Shown here piece after piece: positions 19,666 through 28,913 of a stretch of DNA of 64,000 nucleotides (its first letter is position 1; every line of letters begins with the position of its first letter). The notes under the pieces were generated by a model. That model was not told the DNA's origin, made no database searches, and saw only the letters and a list, made by a program, of their open reading frames with translations. The stretch is from an uncultured delta proteobacterium (GTDB lineage: Bacteria > Myxococcota_A > Polyangia > Fen-1088). The DNA is taken from assembly GCA_963767925.1 (NCBI GenBank), contig CAVYGB010000002.1:1120001-1184000 (forward strand), in the 5' to 3' direction. The translations under genes were made by a program, and so were the position numbers.

Positions 19666-20253
19666 TCAGCGCGCGGGCGCGGCCGGGGCGGTGGGATCGC
19701 GGTAGAGATCGTCCACCGAGAGCTCGACCTCGACCGACGCCAGGTGGACGCTCTGCCCGGCGGTGGCCTCGGCGAAGGTCCAGCGGCCGTCGGAAAGGCG
19801 GCGGAAGACCTCGATCCGGCGCTCCTTCTGCGAGACCAGCACGTACTCTTGCAGGGATTCGAGCTGGCGGTAGTGGGCGAACCTCTCGCCGCGATCGCTG
19901 GCCTCGGTCGAGTCGGACAGCACCTCGAGCAGCAGGGTGGGGTTGGCGATGGACTCCGGATCTTCCGGGGTGGACGCGGCGGGACCACAGACCACCGTGA
20001 CGTCCGGATAGGTCGTGCGGTCGGTGGCCGCCACCCGCACCCGCACGTCGGAGGAGTAGACCACGCAGGGTCGCCCCCGCAGGGCGATCCCCAGGGCGAC
20101 CGTGGAAGCTGCGGTGAGGCGCGCGTGCTCACGGGTGCCGCCCGCCATCGCCCAGACCTCACCGCTCAGGTATTCGTGCTTCTCCTCGCTCTGCGCTTCG
20201 AGCGTCAGGTAGGCGGGATAGCTCATGCGCGGCAAGGGCAAGGGCTGGCCCAT
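19666..20253 (-). CDS. Uma2 (DUF820) family endonuclease
   Basis: KHEYLSGEVWAMAGG, YPDVTVVC, EVLSDSTE..DRGE, LQEYVLVSQ. Confidence 0.92.
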   Translation of the reverse strand: MGQPLPLPRMSYPAYLTLEAQSEEKHEYLSGEVWAMAGGTREHARLTAASTVALGIALRGRPCVVYSSDVRVRVAATDRTTYPDVTVVCGPAASTPEDPESIANPTLLLEVLSDSTEASDRGERFAHYRQLESLQEYVLVSQKERRIEVFRRLSDGRWTFAEATAGQSVHLASVEVELSVDDLYRDPTAPAAPAR

Positions 20254-20451
20254 GGCGGGAGGATACCAGCCCGGCCAGGAGGTATCAGGCGGACGTACCA
20301 GCGGGGCGGGGCGGGTGGGGCGCGGACGGGGCGGCGCGGGCGGGGCGGCGCGGGTGGAATCGACGCGATGACTTTGGGGTTGTGAATCGGGGTGGGCGGA
20401 ACTTTTTGGGGGGGTGGGGGTAATTGGGGGGTGAGGGTGGTTACGCCAGGC

Positions 20452-21021
20452 ATGTCGACCGAGGTTGCTCCCGATGACGCCGCGTTGTGGCGGCGGATCT
20501 GTGCGGGGGACGAGGCGGCGTTCGTGGGGATGTACCGGCAACATGCGCCGCGGCTGTTCCGGTTCGCGGCGCGGCTGACCGGGTCGGGGGCCCTGGCCGA
20601 GGACGTCCTGCAGGACGTGTTCGTGGGGCTGATGGACGCCGCCGCCCGGCCGGGGTCCGGGTACGACCCCGCGCGCGGGGCGCTGCGGTCGTACCTGTTC
20701 GGGGCCGTCCGGAACCGCGCCAGCAAGGGCCTGCGCGAGGCGAGCGTGCGCAGGCTGGACGCGGGTGAGCCTGTCGCCATCGGGCGGCGAACCGACGACG
20801 ACGACAAGGCCCTCAAGGACGCCCTGCTGCAGCTCTCGCCCGACTTCCGGGAGGTGATCCTGCTGTGCGAGCTGGAGGGCCTGCGCTACGAGGAGGCCGC
20901 CGAGGCGCTGGGCATCCCGGTCGGCACCGTGCGCTCGCGCCTGGCGAGAGGGCGCGCGCGCCTGGTCGCGCTGCTGGCCGACGAGCCCGAGACCGATCAC
21001 GTGCGCAAGGAGGCGCGATGA
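20452..21021 (+). CDS. ECF RNA polymerase sigma factor
   Basis: AEDVLQDVF (region 2), YEEAAEALGIPVGTVRSRLAR (region 4). Confidence 0.93.
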   Translation: MSTEVAPDDAALWRRICAGDEAAFVGMYRQHAPRLFRFAARLTGSGALAEDVLQDVFVGLMDAAARPGSGYDPARGALRSYLFGAVRNRASKGLREASVRRLDAGEPVAIGRRTDDDDKALKDALLQLSPDFREVILLCELEGLRYEEAAEALGIPVGTVRSRLARGRARLVALLADEPETDHVRKEAR

Positions 21022-21776
21022 GCGCGACGACCCGACCGATGACCTGCGACGATCTCGACCCCCTGGCCCGGGACGCCGCCCGCGGCGCCCTGGACGACGC
21101 GCTCCTGGCGCGCGTGCACGCGCACCTGCGCGGCTGCGGCACCTGCGCCGACCGCCTCGAGCAAGAACGTCGCCTCGACGCCCGCCTGACCGCCCTGTCG
21201 GCCAGCGCGCCGCCCAGCCCGCCCCCCGCGCTGGAGCAGCGCCTGACCCACAGCTTCCGCGCGCGCTTCACGGGGCCGGTTCCGGCGGCCCCGGCGGCTC
21301 CGGACGGCGTTCGGCCCGAGCGCGCGACCGGGGCGCGTGGCGGGACCTGGGGGTGGCGCGCGTGGCTGGCGGTGGGGAGCTTTACGCTGGCCGCGGGGGT
21401 GATGGCGCTGCTGGTGCTGGCACCCGGGCGGGAGCCGGAGCGCGCGGTCGTCTCGCATGAGCGGTCCGGGGTTCCGGCGGCGGTGGAGGAGCGGCCGGCC
21501 GTACCGGTGCGGGCGCCGGGGGAGGTGGGGCGCGTGGCGGCGGGGCCTCCTTTCGTGGCGCTGGGGTGGGATGGGGCCGACCGGCCGATCGAGCTCGGCC
21601 GCATCACCCGCGTGCACATGCCGACCGCGCTGGCCGTCCGCTTCGGCTGGCCGCTGCTGCCCGATGCGCCCGACGCGCGGATCGCCGCCGACGTGCTGGT
21701 CGGCGAGGACGGCACCGCCCGCGCCCTCCGCTTCCTCCCCGCGACCTTCACCCCCCTCGCCCACCCGAGGCCCTGA
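21018..21776 (+). CDS. zf-HC2 anti-sigma factor
   Basis: HLRGCGTC, TM helix, ATGA overlap with the sigma gene. Confidence 0.85.
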   Translation: MSATTRPMTCDDLDPLARDAARGALDDALLARVHAHLRGCGTCADRLEQERRLDARLTALSASAPPSPPPALEQRLTHSFRARFTGPVPAAPAAPDGVRPERATGARGGTWGWRAWLAVGSFTLAAGVMALLVLAPGREPERAVVSHERSGVPAAVEERPAVPVRAPGEVGRVAAGPPFVALGWDGADRPIELGRITRVHMPTALAVRFGWPLLPDAPDARIAADVLVGEDGTARALRFLPATFTPLAHPRP

Positions 21777-21895
21777 GCCGGAGCCCCAGCCGGACACACC
21801 GTCCCCGCCATCGACACCGCCGTGCCGTCAACCCCAGCACCATTTCCGATAGCGACAGCGCTTTCCTGTCCATCCCATCTGCAAAAGGAGCGACC

Positions 21896-22966
21896 ATGAA
21901 ACGAAGCACCCGGCGAAAGACGCTGTTCCTCTCTCTCGTGATCCCCGGCCTGGCGGTCGGCAGCGGCGAGCTGCTCGCCCAGAGCGCGACGCCCGGGCCC
22001 GGGCTGCAGCGGCGCCAGGTGATCGACGACGTCACGGTGACCGCGGGCGACGGCGCTCCCGGCGAGCGGGTGGAGCGGCACGTGCGGGTCATCGCTGGTC
22101 CCGGCGGGGGCGACAACGCCCTCGGCTTCTCCTGGCTGGGCCAGGCCCTCGACGGCAAGCCGATGAAAGGCGCCCCCTTCTCCGCCACCGCGGTCACCGA
22201 GATCGAGCAGCCGCTCGCCGACGGCAACCGCATCCGGCAGAAGTCCAGCGCGGCGCTGGCCCGGGACACCGCCGGGCGCACCCGGCGCGAGGTCGCGCTC
22301 GGCGCGGTCGGCCCCTTGCTGGCCACCGGCACGCCCCACCGGCTCGTCCACCTCCACGACCCGGCCAGCGACACCAGCACCACCCTCGACCCCGAGCGCA
22401 AGCTCGCCTTCCGGATGAAGCGGGGCGAGGGCAAGGTCCGCCGCCTGCGCGTCCCGGGCCCGCCCCCCGCCGGCGCCCCCGCGACCGCCCCCGCCCCGGG
22501 CGTCGACCTCGAGCAGGACGTGATGTTCAACCTGCCCCTGCCCGACCCCACCGCCGGCATGGACGCGCGCATGGCGATCAAGGTGCTGGACGCCCTGCCC
22601 CCCGACGCCCCCAGACCGGTCCGCGAGGACCTCGGCACCCAGACCGTCGAGGGCGTCGCCGCCCAGGGCCAGCGCACCACCGTGACCATCCCCGCCGGCA
22701 AGATCGGCAACGAGCGCCCGCTGGTGACCGTCAGCGAGCGCTGGTTCTCGCCCGACCTCGGCGTGGTGGTCATGAGCCGCCACAGCGACCCCCGCTTCGG
22801 TACCACCACCTACCGCCTCACCAACCTCGACCGCCGCGAGCCCCCCACCGCCCAGTTCGAGGTCCCCCCCGACTACAAGCTGGAAGACGGCCCGGTGGTC
22901 ATCGAAAAGCGCATCATCCGCGGGGGTAAAGCCGGGGACAAAAGCGACAGCAAGGACCTGCGCTAA
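21896..22966 (+). CDS. exported hypothetical protein, likely ECF target
   Basis: AAGGAG RBS, signal peptide, GAPFSA, RDTAGRTRRE, WFSPDL. Confidence 0.75.
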   Translation: MKRSTRRKTLFLSLVIPGLAVGSGELLAQSATPGPGLQRRQVIDDVTVTAGDGAPGERVERHVRVIAGPGGGDNALGFSWLGQALDGKPMKGAPFSATAVTEIEQPLADGNRIRQKSSAALARDTAGRTRREVALGAVGPLLATGTPHRLVHLHDPASDTSTTLDPERKLAFRMKRGEGKVRRLRVPGPPPAGAPATAPAPGVDLEQDVMFNLPLPDPTAGMDARMAIKVLDALPPDAPRPVREDLGTQTVEGVAAQGQRTTVTIPAGKIGNERPLVTVSERWFSPDLGVVVMSRHSDPRFGTTTYRLTNLDRREPPTAQFEVPPDYKLEDGPVVIEKRIIRGGKAGDKSDSKDLR

Positions 22967-22977
22967 CATCGAGGGGC

Positions 22978-23718
22978 GTGAGCAGGTCGAACTATCGGGC
23001 CGACCTCGCGGCGATTCACCACGAGGGGTTCGGCGAGCTGGTGCGCAAGGCGGCGCCCGTCCTGCTCGCCGCCCTCCGCAAGGCGGGTCTGCGGCGGGGC
23101 CCCGTCATCGACCTGGGGTGCGGCAGCGGCCTCCTCCTGCACGAGCTGGCCCGCGCCGGCTACCAGCCGATCGGCATCGACCCCTCGGCCGCCATGCTCG
23201 ACCTGGCCCGGAGGATCGAGCCCCGGGCCAGCCTGCGCCGGGCCTCGGCCCACCGGGCGGCGTTGCCCCCCTGCCAGGCCGTGACCGCCCTCGGCGAGGC
23301 GCTGCAATACCTCCCCTCCGAACGCTCCCCCGCCCCCTCCTTCCCCGCCCTGTTCGGCAAGGTCGCCCGCGCCCTGCCCCCCGGCGGGCTGTTCGTGTTC
23401 GACCTGCTTGTCGCCGAGGGCGGACCACCGATGGCCTACCGCACGTTCCGGCAGGGGCGCACCTGGGTGGTGCTGATCGAGGTGGAGGAAGACCGCGAGC
23501 GCGGCCGCCTGTACCGGAACATCACCACCTTCCGCCGGGAAGGCTCGCACTACCGCCGCGGCCAGGAGCGCCACGTCCTGCAGATCCCGGAACGGGCCGC
23601 CATCGAAGCGGCCCTGCGCGCCGCCGGCTTCGAGGTGCGCACCCGCCGCGCCTACGGCACCGCCCGCCTCCTCCCCCGCCGCCTCGCCTTCTGGGCAAAG
23701 AAGCCGCCCCGGGGTTAG
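22978..23718 (+). CDS. class I SAM-dependent methyltransferase
   Basis: IDLGCGSG, LPPGGLFVFD. Confidence 0.88.
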   Translation: MSRSNYRADLAAIHHEGFGELVRKAAPVLLAALRKAGLRRGPVIDLGCGSGLLLHELARAGYQPIGIDPSAAMLDLARRIEPRASLRRASAHRAALPPCQAVTALGEALQYLPSERSPAPSFPALFGKVARALPPGGLFVFDLLVAEGGPPMAYRTFRQGRTWVVLIEVEEDRERGRLYRNITTFRREGSHYRRGQERHVLQIPERAAIEAALRAAGFEVRTRRAYGTARLLPRRLAFWAKKPPRG

Positions 23719-23767
23719 CGGAGGTCAGGCCAGGCGCCCCCACCCGATGCGCGACCGAGCGCGCACA

Positions 23768-25000
23768 TCAGCGGCGGGGTTTGGCCTTCTTGCGGCCGGC
23801 CCGGCGGGCGGGCTCCTTCTTCTTGGCGTCGGCGGGCTCGGGCTGCGCCTGCAGGGGGCCCTGGTCCTTTTTCAGGGCATCGACCGCCTGCTTGACCACA
23901 CCCTCCTTCTTCGGCGCGGTCTGCGGCGGCAGGTGGCGGAAGCCGGACTGCAGGCCGATGACGAAGGCGTTGCGGACCACGCCCAGCAAGGTCGGCACGA
24001 GCTGCACCTCCGGGCTGTCGATCGTCCCCTTGATGGGGATGATGGTCGCCACGGCGTCGCGACCGGGCTCGTCGTCCGAGAGCAGCTCGATGGCGGCGTC
24101 GGCGAAGAAGGTCTTGAGCCGGGTGCCGAGATCCTCCTTCGCCGCCGCGAGCTCGATGTTCTCGAAGACCGGCTTGACGCCCCCCTTGAGCACGCCGTTC
24201 TTGGCCTGGACCTCGACGAACACGTTGATCTCCCCCGCCACCGGGCGCATCTCCGCGTTCTCGGCGAGGAAGGCGTACAGCTCCTGCACCTTCAGGTTCT
24301 CGAGGGACCCCTCGGCGGTGAAGGTCGGCTTGAGGGACCAGGGATCCATCGCCCCGGTCACCTTCAGCACGCCGCTGCGCTGGACCTGACCGCTGACCCG
24401 CAAGGTGGCCGGCTCACCCTCCATGAGGGCTTTTCGGGTGGCCAGGTTGGTGGCGACCAGGTCGATGCCGTGCAACCAGAGCTGGGGCGCCTTCTTCCCC
24501 TTGCCTTGCGCGAGCAGCACCTCGCCGTCCTCGATCTCGATGCGGTCGATCTTCAGCGGCGCCACCCCTTCCATCTGCCTGGCGATCGAGGGCGCCTTCT
24601 CCGCCTTCTCCTCGTGGCTGCGCACCGCCACCGCCTTGGGCTTCTCCAGCACCACCCGCCCCACCAGGTGGCCGCGCAGCAGCTCGCGCCACAGGACGCT
24701 CACCCGCGCCCGCTCGACGAAGGCCAGCGGTTCGTCCCAGCGCCCCCCCGGCTCCTCGATCAGCTTGAAGCGCGTGATCTCGTAGGCCGGCGGCAGCACC
24801 GAGACGTGGACGTCGGAGAACGCCGCCTTGAACCCGGGCGACCTGGCCAGCGTCCGCGCGGTGAACCAGGCCGCCACCGGGTCGAGCACCACGCGCACGA
24901 CGACGAGGAGCACCACCAGCGTCCCCACCACCCAGAGCAACCGCCGCACCCCCCGCCTGCGTCGCCGGGGCGGGGTCCCTGCTGGTTCTTGCCCATCCAT
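23768..25000 (-). CDS. DUF748/AsmA-like membrane-anchored protein
   Basis: N-terminal TM, GGVKPVF, VATIIPIKG, VVRNAFV. Confidence 0.7.
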   Translation of the reverse strand: MDGQEPAGTPPRRRRRGVRRLLWVVGTLVVLLVVVRVVLDPVAAWFTARTLARSPGFKAAFSDVHVSVLPPAYEITRFKLIEEPGGRWDEPLAFVERARVSVLWRELLRGHLVGRVVLEKPKAVAVRSHEEKAEKAPSIARQMEGVAPLKIDRIEIEDGEVLLAQGKGKKAPQLWLHGIDLVATNLATRKALMEGEPATLRVSGQVQRSGVLKVTGAMDPWSLKPTFTAEGSLENLKVQELYAFLAENAEMRPVAGEINVFVEVQAKNGVLKGGVKPVFENIELAAAKEDLGTRLKTFFADAAIELLSDDEPGRDAVATIIPIKGTIDSPEVQLVPTLLGVVRNAFVIGLQSGFRHLPPQTAPKKEGVVKQAVDALKKDQGPLQAQPEPADAKKKEPARRAGRKKAKPRR

Positions 25001-25202
25001 ACTCTCCTTGCAATTCAGGATCCGTGCCCGCGGCCAACCCAATGTTTGAGCGGGTTTTTCGCATTTTTCGGGCGCGCGCCGTTACGCATGGGTAACGGGC
25101 CGCCGTTGCAGTCACCTTTGCGCCCCGTCACCTGCGCGCTGGCTGGACCGGGGCTGCCCCCGGGAGCACGCACCCCGGGAGCCCGGATGGCGCCCGCCGG
25201 CT

Positions 25203-26840
25203 TCACGAACCTTTCTCGTCCAGCTCGATCGCGCCGGTGTTGAGCAGCCGGACGAGGAAGCGACCGTTGCCTCGAAGGGCCTCGGCCGGGTCCTCGGGGG
25301 CAGCCGCCCGGGTCTCGACCGCGGAGAGGGCGAGGGCGAGCTCTCCGAGCGCGAGCGACCGCCCCCCCTGGAGCGCGCCGCTCACGATCTCGATCCGCCG
25401 CGGGTCCTCCGGGCTGCGGCCGCCGAGCAGCGTGGCGATCGACAGGGGATCACCGAGCCGCACCCGCTCGCCGGCCCGCAACGGGCGTGACCCCTGCGCG
25501 TCGAGCACCCGATCCAGCGGCACCAGCGGTCGGAAGGTCGCTTCACCCGGCCAGCGGGCCTGGGCCCGGGTCGCCACCTCGCCAAGAAAGTCGCCGTGGC
25601 GGCGCGCCACCTTGTCGATGCTGCGGGCCTCGGCGTCCCGGCGGGCGGCCTGACCCATGCGCTGGCGCAGCTCGGGCGCGCGCAGCTCGACCGCCCGCCG
25701 CACCAGCTGATCCCAGCGGCAGGAGACCAGCCGCCCTGCCGCCCGGGCCAGCGACACATGGGCCGTGCCGAACAGCGCCGAGGACAGGTGGGCCGGAGCA
25801 GGCGCCCAGCGCGTCTCGAGGACGAAGCCGTTGTCTCCGTCGCGCACCACCTCCGCCAGGCCCGCCCAGTCGGACACGACGACCGGCAGGGCGTGGGCCA
25901 TGGCCTCGTGGACCACCAGCGACGAGGTCTCCTCCACCCCGGTCGAGAGGTGCAAGAAGACGTCGGCCGCCGACATGAGCGCCGAGCGGGGGTCGGGCAG
26001 CAGCTCGTGCGGATCTTCGACGATGAGGACGCGGTTGGCCACCCCGGCCGCCCGGGCCGCCGCCCGCAGGTCGGCGAGGAAGCCGCGATCGACGGCCGCC
26101 CCCGAGAGCAGCAGGACCGCCTCCGGGAAGGCGGCGCTCACCTCCCGCCAGCGGCTGATCAGGGCCAGCGGATCGCCCTTGGTGCCCGGGCTGAGCCGGC
26201 TGTAGGCCAGGAAGACGACCTCGTCGTCGCGCAGGTGGAGCTGCCGGCGCGTGCTCTCCCGCAGCGCGGGCGACCGGCGGTTGGCGTCGACGTCGACGCC
26301 GTTGGGGATGACGGTGACCGGGTCGGGGAAGGCGGGCGCCTCGCGCAGGCGCTGAGCCCAGTCGGTCCACACCTCCCGGAACAGCTCCCGGGCGGCGATC
26401 GACTTGAAGATGAACCCGTCGCTGCCCCGGATCGCCCCGCTGGCCAGGCCCACCAGCAGGTGCGACCACTGGGCCGCGCTGTGGGCCGTCCCGATGCTGC
26501 AGACGACCGGCGCCCAGTCGTGCGCCGGGCGCAACACGTGGGGCGACGCGCTCATCTGCTCGCCGTTGGCGACGTAGATGGCCCGGTAGCGCTGGTCGGT
26601 GATCGTGAGGAACGGCTTCTGGAAGAGGCGCGTCGGCACCTCGGAGGGGAGCGCCAGCTCGCCCTCCCGGGCGATCAGCCGCGGCTCCTCCTGGAAGACG
26701 TGCAGCTCGGCGTAGTCGCCGAGGCGGGCGATCGCCCGGCACATGAGATAGGACGCGTGCGGCGTCCCGTAGGGCTCGCTGCCGCGTGGGCGCACGAACC
26801 CACCGATGATGGCCAGGTGGTCGCGGCGTTCTGCTGGCAT
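25203..26840 (-). CDS. glycosyltransferase family 4 protein
   Basis: VIPNGVD, AADVF, EAMAHALPVVVSDW, DGDNGF. Confidence 0.88.
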   Translation of the reverse strand: MPAERRDHLAIIGGFVRPRGSEPYGTPHASYLMCRAIARLGDYAELHVFQEEPRLIAREGELALPSEVPTRLFQKPFLTITDQRYRAIYVANGEQMSASPHVLRPAHDWAPVVCSIGTAHSAAQWSHLLVGLASGAIRGSDGFIFKSIAARELFREVWTDWAQRLREAPAFPDPVTVIPNGVDVDANRRSPALRESTRRQLHLRDDEVVFLAYSRLSPGTKGDPLALISRWREVSAAFPEAVLLLSGAAVDRGFLADLRAAARAAGVANRVLIVEDPHELLPDPRSALMSAADVFLHLSTGVEETSSLVVHEAMAHALPVVVSDWAGLAEVVRDGDNGFVLETRWAPAPAHLSSALFGTAHVSLARAAGRLVSCRWDQLVRRAVELRAPELRQRMGQAARRDAEARSIDKVARRHGDFLGEVATRAQARWPGEATFRPLVPLDRVLDAQGSRPLRAGERVRLGDPLSIATLLGGRSPEDPRRIEIVSGALQGGRSLALGELALALSAVETRAAAPEDPAEALRGNGRFLVRLLNTGAIELDEKGS

Positions 26841-26891
26841 CGGTCCTTCGGGCCCCGATCGCACCGGGGCCGGACGAACGCGCGCTGTCGG

Positions 26892-27170
26892 CTACGAGGA
26901 CTCCAGGTTCCACTGCAGCGACGGGGGAACCTCGGGGACGCTGATCGGCTCGATGTTGTCGATGAAGTTTTGCACGACATCCCCCAGGTAGTCGCACATC
27001 GAATCGGGCAGCTTGAGGTCCTCCTGACAGCCCTTCTCGATCAGGTCGTGGATGCCGTTGTTCTCGATGTCGCTTTCCTTCTGCTCGAGCGACTTCTTGT
27101 CGCTGGCGTCCTCGGGCGCCACGCACATGTTCTGACTACCGCTGCTGCCGCTGACTGCTCCTGCTCCCAT
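26892..27170 (-). CDS. small acidic protein (92 aa, Gly/Ser N-terminus, 3 Cys)
   Basis: AAGGAG RBS; MGAGAVSGSSGSQNMC...; high GC3. Confidence 0.65.
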   Translation of the reverse strand: MGAGAVSGSSGSQNMCVAPEDASDKKSLEQKESDIENNGIHDLIEKGCQEDLKLPDSMCDYLGDVVQNFIDNIEPISVPEVPPSLQWNLESS

Positions 27171-27417
27171 CGTGTGCTCCTTCTCGGGTTTGGCGCCGAG
27201 GGTCTCGGCCTGCCCGCCCGACAGTTGCGCAACGATGCCCGAATCCCGCCGCTTCCCCCCGTAGCGATTGGTGACAGCGGCGCCGACGGCAGCGCAGGAC
27301 AGCTCAGCCGACAGTTTCGACAGGCGCGGATGTGGGCAAGACCAGGCGGTCTTCTCACCTCCTGCCACCGGTTTTGCGCCTTGTGCCCTGGCGTTCGATC
27401 CTTTCTAATAAAGGCGG

Positions 27418-28692
27418 GTGCGCCGTATTTCCAAGCTCGCGTGGGTCCTGGGGTTTGCTCTGGTTGGTGGCGGCTGCCGGGCGAACGGCGGCGGCGAGAG
27501 CCGCGTCCCTTCTGCGCCGGTCGCCGCGCCGAGCGCACCGGACACCGCCCCGGCCGCGCCACCTCCCCTGCCGCCGATGTCCTGCCGGCCCGACCCGACG
27601 CGCCCGCTGACCGTGGAGCCGGGGCGCGCCATCCACTGCGCCATCGACGTCGGCAGCCGCAACGTGAAGCTGGTCGTCAGCTCGGTCGTCGAAGGCCGCC
27701 CCACAAGCTTGCAGAACGAGCGGCAGTGCCGGGTGCGGCTGCAGCTCGCCGACAAGACCTACGACGCCCGCACCGGCAGCGCCCGGCCGCTGTCCCCCGC
27801 CGACCAGACCGCGCTCGCCACCCTGTTTCGCACCTACCGCACCCAGTGCGAGACCGACGGCGGCCGCCTGCACGGCGCCGTCGCCACCGAGTGGGCCCGC
27901 CGCGCCCCCAACGCCCAGGCGGTCAAGCGCGCCCTCGAAGAGGAGACGGGCGTGCGCATGGACATCCTCGACCGCGCCGCCGAGGTCCGCTACGGCTACC
28001 TCGCCGCCACCCGCGGCCTGCGCGGCCGGATGGTCCTCGACTTCGGCAGCCGCAGCCTGCAGCTCGCCTTATGGCCGCGCGGCCTGCCAGCGCCCGAAGG
28101 GGTCAGCGCCCAGCTCGGCATCGATGAGGCCGGCGATCGCTACTTCGCGCCGGCCGCCGCCCGCACCTACGCCGAGGGCCGCCGCGCGCTCGAGCCGGTG
28201 CTGCGCGCGGCCCTGGCCCCCGTGCTGGCGAGCGCCCGCACGGGCCTGCGCAAGAAGGTCCTGGCCCCCGAGCTGGTCTCCCTCGGCGAAAACGGCGACC
28301 TGGCCCTGGCCGTCGCCGGCAAGCTGTGGAGCGGCTCGCCCGTGCGGCCGGTGAGCGAGAGCGCCTACGCCTCGGCGGTGAAGGCCTGGAGCCTGCAGGC
28401 CGACCCCCGCTACGGCAAGGTCACCGCCGTCCTCACCGCCGCGCCCGTCCGGGCCATCGAGCGCGCGCTGGAAGTCAACCAGGGTCTGTTCGACGAGCTC
28501 CGCAGCCCCAACCTGAGGCGGGCCTACGGCAACAAGCTGCTGGTCTTCCCGGTGCTGGCCCGCCTGCTCGAGCAGGAGCTGGGCATCACCACCATCGTGC
28601 TGGTCCCGCAAGAGATGGCCGACGGCTTCCTGATCGACAGCGCAGCCACCAGCACCCCCGACGCCGGCCCCCGCCCCACCGTCGCGCCCTAG
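27418..28692 (+). CDS. Ppx/GppA-like (ASKHA fold) lipoprotein
   Basis: AIDVGSRNVKL, AVATE..RRAPN, VLDFGSRSLQL; signal peptide ending VGGGC. Confidence 0.75.
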   Translation: MRRISKLAWVLGFALVGGGCRANGGGESRVPSAPVAAPSAPDTAPAAPPPLPPMSCRPDPTRPLTVEPGRAIHCAIDVGSRNVKLVVSSVVEGRPTSLQNERQCRVRLQLADKTYDARTGSARPLSPADQTALATLFRTYRTQCETDGGRLHGAVATEWARRAPNAQAVKRALEEETGVRMDILDRAAEVRYGYLAATRGLRGRMVLDFGSRSLQLALWPRGLPAPEGVSAQLGIDEAGDRYFAPAAARTYAEGRRALEPVLRAALAPVLASARTGLRKKVLAPELVSLGENGDLALAVAGKLWSGSPVRPVSESAYASAVKAWSLQADPRYGKVTAVLTAAPVRAIERALEVNQGLFDELRSPNLRRAYGNKLLVFPVLARLLEQELGITTIVLVPQEMADGFLIDSAATSTPDAGPRPTVAP

Positions 28693-28750
28693 CCGGGATT
28701 ATTCACCAGCGGGGCGCCGCCGTCGAGACGCCGCGAACAGGGTGTCTGGC

Positions 28751-28795
28751 CCCGATTCGTTCCCGTTCCCGTTCCCGTTCCCGTTCCCGGACCCG
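28751..28795. repeat. left inverted repeat, (GTTCCC)5 core
   Basis: Reverse complement of 30725-30768 apart from one extra base. Confidence 0.9.
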
Positions 28796-28913
28796 TGCCC
28801 CGTACCCGCAACCTTAGAGCCAGCCGCTGAAACCTGTGGAGAATTTGCGCCGATGGGCGAAACGAGGTATCGAGGCCGGGACGCGTGCTCGTGGGCGTGT
28901 TCGAGCCCGTGTT

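Noticed and set aside
28860..28913. Integron attC site as intron target
   Set aside because: No integrase and no recognisable paired attC boxes
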